Source of the DNA: Malacoraja senta
Lineage: Eukaryota
Length of the DNA: 60,369 bases
Direction of reading: 5' to 3'
Assembly (NCBI GenBank): GCA_038087875.1
Contig: JAXLNO010000044.1
Coordinates: 1-60,369, forward strand
Of the stretch, positions 26,116-39,085 are shown in pieces (the first letter of the stretch is position 1; each line of letters starts with the position of its first letter). Made by a program: the position numbers and the translations under genes. The notes below the pieces were generated by a model. It saw nothing but the letters and a program-made list of their open reading frames with translations. It was not told the origin of the DNA and ran no database searches.

Positions 26116-28930
26116 AGACAATAGACAATAGGTGCAGGAGTAGGCCATTCGGCCCTTCGAGCCAGCACCGCCATTCAATGTGATCATGGCTGATCATCCC
26201 CAATCAGTAACCCGCTCCTGCCTTCTCCCCATATCCCCTGACTCCGCTATTTTTAAGAGCCCTATCTAGATCTCTCTTGAAAGCATCCAGAGAACCTGCC
26301 TCCACCGCCCTCTGAGGCAGAGAATTCCACAGACTCACCACTCTCTGTGAGAAAAAGTGTTTCCTTGTCTCCGTTCTAAATGGCTTACTCCTTATTCTTA
26401 AACTGTGGCCCCTCGTTCTGGATTCCCCCAACATCGGGAACATGTTTCCTGCCTCTAGCGTGTCCAAACCCTTAACAATCTTATATGTTTCAATGAGATA
26501 CCCTCTCATCCTTCTAAACTCCAGAGTGTACAAGCCCAGCTGCACCATTCTCTCAGCATATGACAGTCCCACCATCCTGGGAATTGACCTTGTAAACCTA
26601 CGCTGCACTCCCTCAATAGCAAGAATGTCCTTCCTCAAATTAGGGGACCAAAACTGCACACAATACTCCAGGTGTGGTCTCACTAGGGCTCTGTACAACT
26701 GCAGAAGGACGTCTTTGTTCCTATATTCGATTCCTCTTGTTTTAAAGGCCAACATGCCATTCGCTTTCTTCACTGCCTGCTGTACCTGCATGCTTACTTT
26801 CATAGACTGATGTACAAGGACCCCCAGATCCCGTTGTACTTCCCCTTTTCCCAACTTGATGCCATTTAGATACAAATCTGCCTTCCTGTTTTTGCTACCA
26901 AAGTGGATAACCTTACATTTATCCGCATTAAACTTCATCTGCCATGCATCTGCCCACTCCCCCAACCTGTCCAAGTCACCCTGCATTCTCATAGCATCGT
27001 CCTCACAGTTCACACTGCCACCCAGCTTTGTATCATCCGCAAATTTGCTAATGTTACTTTGAATCCCTTCATCCAAATCATTGATCTATATTGTAAATAG
27101 CTATGGTCCCAGCACCAAGCCTTGCGATACCCCACTAGTCACTGCCTGCCATTCTGAAAGGGACCCGTTCATCCCTACTCTTTGTTTCCTGTCTACCAAC
27201 CACTTCTCTATTCATGTCAGCACTCTACCCCCAATACCATGTGCCCTAATTTTGCCCACTAATATCCTATGTGGGACCTTATCAAATGCTTTCTGAAAGT
27301 CCAGGTACATTACATCCACTTGTCCATTTTCCAAGTTACATCTTCAAAAAATTCCAGAAGATTAGTCAAGCATGATTTCCCCTTCGTAAATCCATTCTGA
27401 CTCTGACCGATCCTGTTACTGCTTTCCAAATGTTCGGCTATATCATCTTTTATAATTGGCACCAGCATCTTCCCCACCACCGATGTCAGGCTAACTGGTC
27501 TATAATTCCTTGTTTTCTCTCTCCCGCCTTTCTTAAAAAGTGGGATAACATTAGCTACCCTCCAATCCACAGGAACTGATCCTGAGTCTATAGAACATTG
27601 GAAAATTATCACCAATGCATCCATGATTCTAGAGCCACTTCCTTAAGTACCCTGGGATGCAGACCATCAGGCCCTGGGGATTTATCAGCCTTCAGTCCCA
27701 TCAATCTATCCAACAGCATTTCCTGCCTAATGTAGATTTCCTTCAGTTCCTCCGTCACCCCAGATCCTCAGGCCACTACTATATCAGGAAGATTGTTTGT
27801 GTCCTCCTTAGTGAAGACAGATCCAAAGTACCTGTTCAACTCATCTGCCATTTCCTTGTTCCCCATAATAAATTCACCTTTTTCGGTCTTCAAGGGTCCA
27901 ATTTTGGTCTTAACTAATTTTTTCCTCTTCACATACCTAAAGAAACTTTTACTATCCTCCTTTATATTCTTGGCTAGCTTACCTTCGTACCTCATCTTTT
28001 CTTCCCGTATTGTCTTTTTGGTTATCTTCTGTTGTTCTTTAAACATTACCCAATCCTCTTGCTTCCCGCTCATCTTTGCTACGTTGTACTTCTTCGCTTT
28101 AATTTTTATACTGTCCCTGATGTCCCTTGTCAGCCATGGTCGTCCCTTTCTCCCCTTGGAATCTTTCTTCCTCCTAGGAATGAACTGATCCTGCACCTTC
28201 TGTATTATTCCTAGAAATACCTGCCATTTTTGTTCCACTGTCATCCCTGCTGGTGTATCTTTCCAGTCAACTTTGGCCAGCTCCTCCCTCATGGCCCCAT
28301 AGTCCCCTTTATTCAACTGCAACACTGACACCTCCAATCTACCCTTCTCCCTCTCTAAATGTAGATTAAACCTGACCATGTTATGGTCACTGCCTCCTAA
28401 TGGCTCATTAACCTCGAGGTCCTTTATCAAATCCGGTTCATTACATAACACTAAATCCAGAATTGCCTTCTCCCTGGTAGGCTCCAATACAAGCTGTTCT
28501 AAGAATCCATCACGAAAACACTCTACAAGACCCCTTTCTTGGGGTCCAGTCCCAACCTGATTTTCCCAGTCTACCTGTATGTTGAAATCTCCCATAACAA
28601 CCACAGCATTACTTTTGCTACATTCCAATTTTAACTCCTGATTCAACTTGCGCCCTATGTCCAGGCTACTGTTTGGGGGCCTGTAGATTAGTCCCATTAG
28701 AGTATTTTTACCCTTACAATTCCTTGGTTCTATCCATACTGACTCCACATCTCCTGTTTCAATGTCACCGCTTGCAAGGGACTGGATTTCATTCCTCACC
28801 AACAGGGCAACCCCACCCCCTCTGCCCACCTGTGTCTTTTCAATAGGAGGTACACCCTTTAATATTCAGTTCCCAGCCCTGGCCCTCTTGCAGCCATGTC
28901 TCAGTAATTCCCACATCACACTTGCCAGTT
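26116..28930 (-). mobile_element. CR1 LINE, 5'-truncated; disrupted ORF2 (APE endonuclease + RT)
   Basis: GGGVALLV, YRPP, GDFN, SDH, NYRPVSLTSVVGK, KFADDTK, RPHLEYCVQFWSP; (ATTGTCT)n tail. Confidence 0.95.
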
Positions 28931-29881
28931 TGTGTGAATAGGTATGTACTTGGGAGTTAATTTGTGTGTGTATGTGAGTTGGATTGTATATGAGTGTGGA
29001 TATATAAATGCTTATATATTTCTGATGGCTGATTTTAAGGACATAAAATTAAAACATTTTATATGCAGTCCCAGGTCCAAACTGCATCTGCTGTACATAC
29101 ATGTAAATGGTTGTAAATCATGGCATTGCCTTTTGGTTGTGATATTAGCCCACGCAGACCAAGGGTATCAGAGGTACAGAGTAGGCAGAGTGATGCCAGA
29201 CATTATGATATGAAACACTGATTTGCCGCCAGTGCTGTTGTTCTGGTGCACGACTCAGTTAACTCCCTCTAATAATGTTCCGATTGTTGAAAGGCCCATT
29301 CCTCTCCCGTGTGCATTATTCAGAGATTATGAACTTCTTAAAGATTATAGATGGGCAATAAACACTGACCTTGCTAGCAAAGTCTTACTAGAAAAAAACG
29401 CAGACCAGCTCAATAAATGTCACTTCTCCATCTCCAGAGGATTATGTTCAAAGGTCTTCAAGCAGCTTGGAGCAGCATGATAGCAAATCTCATAAAGCTG
29501 CAGCCTCACAGCTCCATAGATCCTGGCTCAATTCGAACCTCTGTTGCTGTCTGTGCGAACTTTGCACATTCTGCCACAATCCTGTCAGATCTGTTGCACA
29601 GGGGTCTGTATGCATCATATTTGAGTGCATGGAATCTCAAGTAAGGACGATGTATGGAAGGGGGTTCAAATTGGAACTGAAGAATATTGGCAGGTGAAGA
29701 TTTACAGTTTTACTGAGATGTAATGTAATTATATGAGTAACATGAACATGGATGCAATTATGAAGGCTAGGAGTTTATTCAATGGAAATATTAAAAACTG
29801 ATTTGATTTTTAGTTCTTCCAGTCACTATCGCATATGGCACGCAGATCTCTTTAACACTAACCTGTTAAATACTGGTGGTG

Positions 29882-30153
29882 ACTTTTAGGACTGAGATGA
29901 GAAAAAACATTTTTTACACAGAGAGTGATGAATCTCTGGAATTCTCTGCCACAGAATGTAGTTGAGGCCAGTTCTTTGGCTATATTTAAGAGGGAGTTAG
30001 ATGTGGCCCTTGTGGCTAAAGGGATCAGGGGGTATGGAGAGAAAGCAGGTACAGGATACTGAGTTGGATGATCAGCCATGATCATATTGAATGGTGGTGC
30101 ATGCTCGAAGGGCCGAATGGCCTACTCCTGCACCTATTTTCTATGTTTCTATG
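29882..30153 (+). mobile_element. CR1 3' fragment
   Basis: Nearly identical to the 3' end of 44741-46520. Confidence 0.9.
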
Positions 30154-32689
30154 TGACACAATCCTATAGTCCAGCATGGCGGGAATTTTTTTTTTTTAAA
30201 TGTCCTTTAATAATAATTTTTTGGCATTTTGCTTCCTTCCCATAATTGCGTAAGAAAGGAATAAATAGCTACACAGCCTGTAAAATAGCATCAGTGGTCA
30301 GAGACAGCTATTTTAGGAATATTGGAAGGCATAGTTTAGCTTGAAAATCCTGAGGCTGCTGTCCCAATAATGGTGTGATGACATTAAACATTACGCCATC
30401 ATTACAATCTCAATCATCATATCGGTTTATATTACGTAAGTGACTGGAAGAGGGAATATTTCCGTCTTATGTGGGTTTTATAAATCAGTGATTTAAAACT
30501 ATTACAAATAATGGATTATTGATGGATGCTGGGACTGAAGAGGTCAGCAGCCATCCTCACCTGCATCCAGAAGTTTCTGTTAGAAATGAATTGACAAAAA
30601 AACATTCAGTGCCGTGCAGTAGTGGGTGGCCTTTTATTCCTTCGGTGGGTGAAACATCTTTAAATTTGAAACTGCGGTGTTTAAATAATGTTATACAATT
30701 GCGACGCAATATATCTCGAGGATGAGTAATGTCAGAAGAAGACAATGGGATTAATTTGAGGTCTTTGCTAAAACAAAGCAAGGGAAATGTGCAAATGCCG
30801 CACAAGCAATTTTGTCAGTGAGAGTTCAGGATATCTGAGGCAGGGTTTTATTCTCAATTGGTCGGCCAAGAGATTGAAAACATGAGACAACGAATGCACA
30901 GGAGGAAATCCGGATAAACCATTATCTGCCTGCAACACCGAGACTAAGTAAATAGTAAACTAATTTATTCATAGTTTCCTATGTACACTTTATAACGTTG
31001 AAAATTGTTGTCAAACGTACAAACAACATTACAAATATTTTGCTGTTGTGACAGTGAAACCAGTTCTCTTTATTGGTCATGCTCAATGTTAAGAAATTGC
31101 AGGCAGGCAGGCAGGCAAGCTGGCTGAACCAAGAATGCATCTGTTTTTTAATCAGATCCAAAATTACAGGCTATTATGACTGCATCATCAAAAAAAGCAG
31201 TTTAAGAAATAATTTTGCTGATCACGTAGCATGCGGTAGCTAAACTAAACGCACTATTAAAAGGGAAGTCAGCCTTCACTGTTGAAAATCACAGAACAAG
31301 GTGTAATGTGTCTTGGTGTATAGCTCACCCACTACAATGCAAAAACAAGAAAATTAACTTGTTTTGCTCTAGTATTCTTTTAAATATACCAATGAATTTT
31401 ATAGCATCAAAACATAAATTACAGATTGCAAGCAAGTGGTCAGCTTGTTTTCATCTGGGAGCAATTACACAGTTGTAACTTTAGAAAAGAGGCTTCAGTC
31501 AACTACATATTTAGAATGAATGGACTAATCTTTTCAATTCTTGGGGTGAGATTGTTGCCATTATTATCTCTAATTATTCAAAGATCACCCTTGGGATATA
31601 ACCAGGTGGAGCTGTGCATTGAGTTAATATTAGTATGGATGTCAACATTATTGTTATGTTACTATTGTTTGATTGCTTTTGTGCATTAGGAAGAATCCAT
31701 TACCATTTATGGAACACTAATCTGCTCCAGAAAACTTTGCCAGGTGTTTTTGTTTTAAGTGAAAGGCTGCAAGGTTCTTTGGGATAAATTTATACATTGC
31801 AAAGTAAAAGCAATTCAGTTGTTACATTGGTTGAGTGGAGTGTGTGAAGGAATGGGTTTTATAGACTTCTTTGTCCCATATTTTCTTAATGGTTTTATGG
31901 TCTCAGTGACTACAGCTAGAATAGAGAGGATGCAGCCAATGTCTGCTCTCCGAGACACTCCTCGAGTCTCTAACTCTAAAACATTCAAGCTTTAAAAAAT
32001 TTTGGTTCTATTAATGGATGAGTTAGTGGAGGAGGGAAAGGAAAAGTGGGAGACTGCAAAATAGTGAAATCATTTGACTGGGCAGGTCATTAATGGGTAT
32101 TTTAATATAATAAGTTTAATGGTATTCCAACATCTGTCTGTTTCAAGGATGCCCAAGCGATTTTGCTTGTGTGTTTTGTTTCAGATTGAAGAATGCATCT
32201 TCCTAGTGGGTGATGCCTTTCACTTTGCATTTTACTGATCACCCCCACTTCCAATTGCTGCAGATCTTCTCAGCTTCCCACTCCCCGGGCTATCATCTGC
32301 CTGATATCCCCAGGCCTTCTGCATAATCCTCAAGACCATCGCCATTATTTTTCTGTTTCACTTCCTTCTACTGCATGAAGCTCTCTGCAACTCATCCCCC
32401 ACAATCTCATGTCTTAATAACAGCAGGAGAATGTGGAGGAAGAGCTTGTCCACTATGTACATGCCTTGGTGCATGAAGCGCAGTGGAATATGCAAGCTTC
32501 CCTTTCAGCAGGCCAGACTAAAAGTCACCATAGCCCATGGTCCAGTAAAATTACTGCAAAAGCTGGTTTTATTCTCATGTGACTTGCTAACATGAGGAGG
32601 GTTATTATTAACTACCTTTGTTATTGTGAAACTTGTTCCTTGAATGGTTTCGGTGACTTCCAGAACATGGATACGTGTAAGTAGGGACT

Positions 32690-32885
32690 ACATATGCTGG
32701 TTTACACCGAAGATAGACACAAAATGCTGGAGTAACTCAGCGGGTCAGGCAGCATCTCTGGAGAAAATGAATAGGTGGCGTTTTGTATCGTGACCCTTCT
32801 TCAGTGTAAAGAAGTGTTTTGACTCCTTGACCCGCAGAGATGCTGCCTGACCCGCTGAGTTACTCCAACATTTTGTGTCTATCTC
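32690..32885. mobile_element. Penelope-terminus fold-back element
   Basis: ~50-bp arms GATAGACACAAAATGCTGGAGTAACTCAGCGGGTCAGGCAGCATCTCTG and their reverse complement. Confidence 0.75.
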
Positions 32886-33836
32886 CAGGACATGGAGCTC
32901 TGATCAATTGATTCATGAAATAGTGAAGGATGAAAAGCAAATAAACCTTTTTTGTAAAGACGTGTATTGGAGGGAATGTGGGGCATGCATCTGACCTTCT
33001 TATGTGACTTTAACAGCAGTCTACATAAGCAGCCTTTATATCACCTTTATAGTTAGGGTGTTGGAGAGGGCTTCATCTAATCTTTCACCCAAGGTATAGA
33101 AAATTGGAAAAACCAACTGAAACTCTACCTCAAACAAGTGTCCACATAGAAGAATAGCAGGGAAATTGGATCAAAAGATAGAATGGGATTGTGGCGATAA
33201 AGATATTATTTATCACTGATGCTCATAACAGAACTGCAATAAATGACCATTTTAGAGTATATTATGAGAGGAAGATTTTTAACACCAATATTAATTAGGA
33301 ACACAATCTTTGCTGATGTTTGTCGAAAAGTACATCATTGGATACCTCTTACATAGAACTAACACACCTTCTTCTGTACTTGTGTGGTTCTATGAAACTC
33401 CATCAAATGTGTATCGAGTTAAATGTTAAATGTCTGATGTTTCCAGAGCAGCAGCTTTGAAGGTCCAAAAGGTCAATATTTTGTGGAGTGTTTTTATCAC
33501 TGGTAGGTCCAATCAATGGTGAGTTAATGTATTTGAGTTTGACACCGTTTCATTTCATGCACCTTCCACCCACCAATCTGGTTCAATGCTCAAAACCTTT
33601 TTAGATTGTGATAGTTCTTTAAATAAACAAAAAATAATATTCATTTCAAAATTTTAAATTTTCCTTTAGAAGCAATTGAACCTTCAGGGATTGCTGCAAG
33701 ATGTAGTTATGACTATATTTTTGTTCCCAAGTTAAGCGTGTCAGTATCAAACCCAGTAATGACAGGCTAGAGCTAAGGCTGACTCCCCTGTAAACTAACC
33801 TAAGCATTAGCTCGATCAAACATCACATTCTTACAA

Positions 33837-34403
33837 TTAAGCAGCCAATTTGTCTGGTAAACTGTCATTAGTAGAACGTGTTGTCAACCCAAGATATTGC
33901 CTAAGAAATTTGCTATATCTTTTCTGATTTCTCTGTCTGATCAGATTGCTCCAGTTCCTGGCTGATTTCCTGATGCCCATGAAACCACCATATCTCTTCT
34001 GGAGACTTTTCTTGTCTTCCACTGCGTTGATGCCATCGTGATACCTCTTCATGGACCTTTCATTTGGCTTGGAAGCCAGTGGCTCTGCTTGGAAATCATA
34101 GGACCTCTTGGCTGGAGGCATTTCTGTATCTTGTGGACTGTTGATCACCTCAAATGTGGCCTCAGTTACATCATCAAGGTCTTCGGTGCTACCAATGGGC
34201 ACCACATTCTTCACATCTTGCAGAAAGGCATGAGTATTTCCTGAGTCAATGGTGCCAAAGATCCTAGCAACACCAAAAGGCAGGTTCCTGGCTTGAGATG
34301 AACTAATTTTCAGAGATAACAATGGAGATACAGAGATGATTTGTCTACAGTTTTTCCAAATGGCAGAAGATGGAATTTTCCCTTCACACTCCAGACTGCA
34401 GGC
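33837..34403 (-). CDS. PNOC: Prepronociceptin main coding exon (ACSLECEG...KR-YGGFMGIRKSARNWSNLIRQRNQ-KR-YSKFLRQYLGL...*)
   Basis: Opioid-precursor CxxxC...WxxC motif, nociceptin signature GxRKSAR, nociceptin-II-like FLRQYL; acceptor ttgttttag at 34405-34404, phase 0. Confidence 0.95.
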   Translation of the reverse strand, partial: ACSLECEGKIPSSAIWKNCRQIISVSPLLSLKISSSQARNLPFGVARIFGTIDSGNTHAFLQDVKNVVPIGSTEDLDDVTEATFEVINSPQDTEMPPAKRSYDFQAEPLASKPNERSMKRYHDGINAVEDKKSLQKRYGGFMGIRKSARNWSNLIRQRNQKRYSKFLRQYLGLTTRSTNDSLPDKLAA

Positions 34404-35299
34404 CTAAAACAAGAAGGCAGGTTATTTATTGAGGGGGGAGGGCAGGACATAGCTCACTATAACTTCATTAAATAATTTATTTTATGAATCTGCATAACTG
34501 AAGATAAATATACTCCTTGGGACTTTGACTCTATTCAGTTAGATAGTGGGCAGTCTGAATCATGATCACAATTTCCAACTTTTGCTTCAGTCAGAAGAAA
34601 AAGTCTGACCCAAAACATCATCTACCCATTCCCTCCATAGGTGCTGCCTGATCCACTGAGTTACTCCAGCACTGTGTTTTGCTCTCACTATGCATACTAA
34701 GAATTTGAGGGAACCTATTTTACTGTAAAAATTACAATATTCAAAATAAATTACTGTACTTATTGGAGCTTTCAAGACTGAATTGGATTGTTTTGAGTGG
34801 ATAGAATTTGGGTGGAGATAAGATAAAGTAAGTGCCTTTATCAATGTTAAAAGAAGCAGGTGTAGGTCTTTTGATCCTTCAGGTCTGTTGTCACATTCAG
34901 TTAGATAATAGCTGAATTCTCTCCACCCAAAACAATCTAATTCAGTCTTGAAAGCTCCAACTGGATTCCAGCATGTAATCTTTTAGAGAATAAATGGGCA
35001 GAACAGGGTAAATGTCAAGATGTTTCCACTTGCATGGGAGATTTGAACAAGGAAACAGTTCCTAGAATAGAGAGCAGTCACTTATAACTGAGGTATGTAG
35101 ACATTTCTTCTTGCAGAGGTGCTGAATCTCTACAATTCTCTACCTCAGATGGAAATAGGTGCAAAATCAACAGGGTATTTGAAAAGGATTAGATACTTTT
35201 TTGAAAGATCAGGAAATTATGATGGGAAACTAGCTCAGAAGAGAGGGATTGGAACAAGTCAACCATAATCATTTTGAATGGAAAGAAAAGTGCGTGTGA

Positions 35300-36020
35300 G
35301 TTTCCCTGAAATTGGAGAATTCAACGTTCATGCGTTGGGTTGTAGGTTACTTAACTAGTATGAGGTGCTCTTCTTCCAGTCTACATGTGGCCTCACTCTG
35401 GCAATGGAGTAAGCTGAGGACAGACAAGACGTCTGGGTTTGGGACAGGGAAGTAAAGTGTCCATAAACTGGGAGCTCCAGCTGGTTCTGGCGAACAGAGA
35501 CCAAGTGTTCGATGAAGCGATTGCCTTGTCTACGCTTGGTCTCACTAATGTAGAGGAGGCTCATGTCCACTCATGCGCTTCTTCAACTCCCCCCAACCTC
35601 CAATCAACCAGTTCCGTTACCCTCCTCCACCCCCTGCTGCTGCACATCAACCACCTCCAACACCTCTGGCCCTTTAATTCCCATCCCCACCTGTTCCCAT
35701 CCAACTACCATCCCTCAACCCTTGTACATTTCATTCCTCACTTTCCTTTCTTATTAGATTGCACCACCTACAACCTTTGTCTTCTCCAGCCTTTGTGACT
35801 ATCGCTAACTTCTCTCCCCCACCTGACTCATCGGCCAATCAACCCCACCCTACCTGGCTTCACCTCTCACTTGCCAGCTCTTGCCCCAACACTCCCCCTC
35901 ACTTCCATCTACCCTCTACTCCAATTCTGAAGTAGGGTTCTGACCCGAAACAACCATTTCCCTCTACAGATGCTGCCTAACCTGCTGAGTTCCGCCAGCA
36001 GTTTCTATCTTTGCTGAAGA
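35300..36020. mobile_element. Penelope-like element: inverted GIY-YIG fragment (-) joined to a 3' end (+)
   Basis: LLYISETKRRQGNRFIEHL...HF on -; terminus with hammerhead-like motif at ~35927-35951 on +. Confidence 0.75.
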
Positions 36021-37569
36021 TTTGATCATCTATGTCCTCAACAGTCCATCAGTTGTAATGGAAAGAAGCAACCAAAAAAATCAAATCCTGGATATCTGGT
36101 TAAAAAAATGAAAATACTGGAAATACTCGGCTCCTGTGGAGAGAGAAACAGGGATAATGTTTCAGGTCGATTGTTGTAAGTGCTTATCTGACAAGGGGTC
36201 ATTCCTGTGAGCTGGAAACCGATTGCTCACTTGTAACTTGAGTGTCATTAGAATGTATTCCAGTACAAGGTTTCACCTAAGGCAAAGACTACAATCACAG
36301 ATTGCAATGTTTACTGAGTGTTGTAAAAACTGATGTGAAGTGTGAAAATTACAGTAGGACTTTGATGCAGAGGGAATGGAGCTCATCCTTTTGGTTGTTA
36401 ATTAACAAAATAGCTTGTGAATTAATTACATGAAACCTAAATTAATTAAATGTACAACTAATATTAATTAGAGATAGCAGCGGTGGTGGTTCACTGCATC
36501 TGTAACACAAGGGAGAGAACAACAACTGCAGCAAAAGCTTTGGTTCAGAACTAAAAAGCAAAAATTGTATCGTCTGGAAACTTAAAACAAGAACTGAAAA
36601 TCTAGATTATACACAGCATCTATGAACAAAGAAATGTCCCGCTGAGTTACTCCAGCTTTTTGTGTCTATCTTCGGTTTAAACCAGTTCCTTAATCTGCAG
36701 TTCCTTCTTACACAAAAGAAATGGAGGTAATGTTTCAAGTCAATGATCCTTCCACAGAACACGAATAATGAGAAAACAAACATGTTTTAAGTTGCAGAGA
36801 GGCAGAAAGTGGAGAGAACAAAGGGAATGTCTGCGAGAGAGATGTTCAAGGTGATGCAATTCTTTTGGTGCCACCGTAGAGAACTGATTTGTCTGGAGGA
36901 GGCTAAATAGAAGATAAATCTGAGAACTAGAGAGAGAGAGAGAGAGATAGAGAGAGAGAAAATGAATGTTGGAATTGTGAAATGCAGAAAGCAGCTCTTG
37001 TTCAGAATCTGCTAATGGAAATACTCTAGCTTGGGCCTGAGGGCCCTTCACATCTTACTTGAATAGATGCCCCACCTGTTCCCCTTCCATCACCACCTTC
37101 ATTCACTCTACTGACTGTGTTCTTACACTGAATCATTTCTCCTTTAACTTCACTCACTTTCTTCAAATCAAGGTATAGCTATAGGACTAAGCTATGAATG
37201 TATTTTTGTGTAGTATATGTTTTTGTTCCACTCAAACTCCTCCCCCACCTCTTTTTCCAGTTCTGTTGACAATTGCATTTGAGCTGCTTCCTGCACTCTT
37301 ACAGAATTCAAAAGCTTCTTTACCTTTGCTGTCACTTTATACTCTGCACTTTCATGTAGTCCATATCTGACTCTACCCTTCGCTTTCTTCATTTCTCTTG
37401 ATCAATCTCAAGTTATAGGTGAGCAACCAATATTCTTCACAAGTCCACAAACACTCACCCATACCATAACACTTCCTCACACCCTGGTTCGTATAAAGAT
37501 TCTGTTCTATTTTCAGTTTCTTCATATCTATTCAAAAGAAAAGACTGCGCTGCTCCCATATTTTCTTGC

Positions 37570-37790
37570 TTTGTTGCAGTGAAGATCATGTCCATTGTAC
37601 CTCTTAATTGACCTATATCTTGCTCTATCCTTTGATAACCTTCATCATTACTCGCAACTCCACCAATTTTCATTCCATCTGCAAATGTTCTAATCAGCCC
37701 ACCCACATTTTCTTGCAAACCATTTATATATACATTATAAACAACAGAGACCCAGCTCTGATCCTTGCAGAACCTGACTGGCTAGACCTC
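37570..37790 (-). mobile_element. Degraded CR1 RT fragment
   Basis: GGLIRTFADGMKIGG...QRIEQDI. Confidence 0.7.
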
Positions 37791-38962
37791 CATTCATAAA
37801 GACACCCTTCTACCTTCTTCTGCCTCATGTCTGTGCACTGAGGAACAAAGAAGCCAGTAATCAATGCGGGGTGATAGATAGCAATGGTGGGTTGTCCAAT
37901 TCTCCCTGGACAGCTTTTGAATGCTTGAGTGGGCAAGAGAGAAATGTTGCCAGATTTTATTTTTCCCTTATTTCCCAGAGATTTTCTGTTGCTTTGCACA
38001 CATGATTATATGGGTGTGGTGAATAGAGGATTGGGAATGAATGGAAGAGTGTGTGAGTGGCAGGAATTAGTGGGGATGGGGGGGGGGGGGGGGGGGATCC
38101 CTAGCCAGGGTGAAGAAGGGAGCAGGTGTTTAGGGATTGAATTATGGTGTCTACCTGCTCGCCACTTTCCAAAATCAGGAGCCATTTGACTTCTTCCTCA
38201 GCAGGTTAAAGGAATCCCTGCAAAGTTCCATCAGTATGTTGCTGAAATGCAAACCAAACGGAGCTGCAACCCTCCCTATCATGAATTGTAATCTTGCTAT
38301 ACCATGGATTGGGATTAATTGAAGAGGAACATTGCTAGAACGTATTCTGAGTGGTTTCAAGTCCCATTTCAGGAACAAACAAACTCCAAGCAGACCTCGC
38401 CATGCATTGCCAAGGGAGCATAACTTGCAATGCTGACAAGGGGTTAAAACCACAAAGGCTTGCTAATCCTCTTAAGTAACAGTCAATAACTTATAGCTCA
38501 ATTCCTCGAGCAGCAGGAGACTGTTCCTGACATCCTGGCAATTCTTATCACTCCATTTCAAAGAGAATGATTTATCATCCATCATCTTTCTTCACACAGA
38601 TCAGCTGTTAAGTTTCCCTCTTAGTTTAATTCTAAAATGTGGTTACTCCCCCATATTGCCCTGTGCAAACACCGTGCCATATGTAACTGATTAATTGCTT
38701 TCCACTTTAACATGTTCAGATTCTCACCACTCCCTGGATGTAAAAAACATCCTAAATTTACGTTTGTACTTATTGGGCACGTTCTTACATTTAGATTTCT
38801 TTGTTCTCAACCATATGGAAATAGTTTATCCACATCCATCCCCTCCACCTTTGCAGAATGGATCCCAGACTCGGTCATGCCATGAGGGGAAAGGGTTCCT
38901 ACACGTCCTGAGGAAAGCAGAAAGATAGAAGGAAGAAATGGAGATGGGAATGTGAAACTCAC

Positions 38963-39085
38963 CAGTATACTGAACTGTTCATGCTGCTGCAAGTTGTTAC
39001 AGGTAAGGCACTCAGCCTTACAGTCTCCCTGACTGCAGTAAATCAGGTGGAAGAGCACTGCCAGAGACAATAGAGAGGTCTTCAT
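38963..39085 (-). CDS. PNOC: Prepronociceptin first coding exon (signal peptide, DCKAECLTC); exon starts at 39105; spliced protein 229 aa
   Basis: Hydrophobic signal + CxxxCxxC; acceptor tttcctcctgcag, donor CTG|gtgagt, 41 codons, phase 0. Confidence 0.95.

Noticed and set aside
29467..29697. Possible ZNF395 remnant (..RTMYG..)
   Set aside because: No C-clamp cysteines or tryptophans; overlaps decayed SINE-like sequence
33837..34403. Proenkephalin, prodynorphin or POMC assignment because of YGGFM
   Set aside because: Single opioid core followed by GIRKSAR and FLRQYL, no HFRW, and FBXO16 linkage all indicate PNOC
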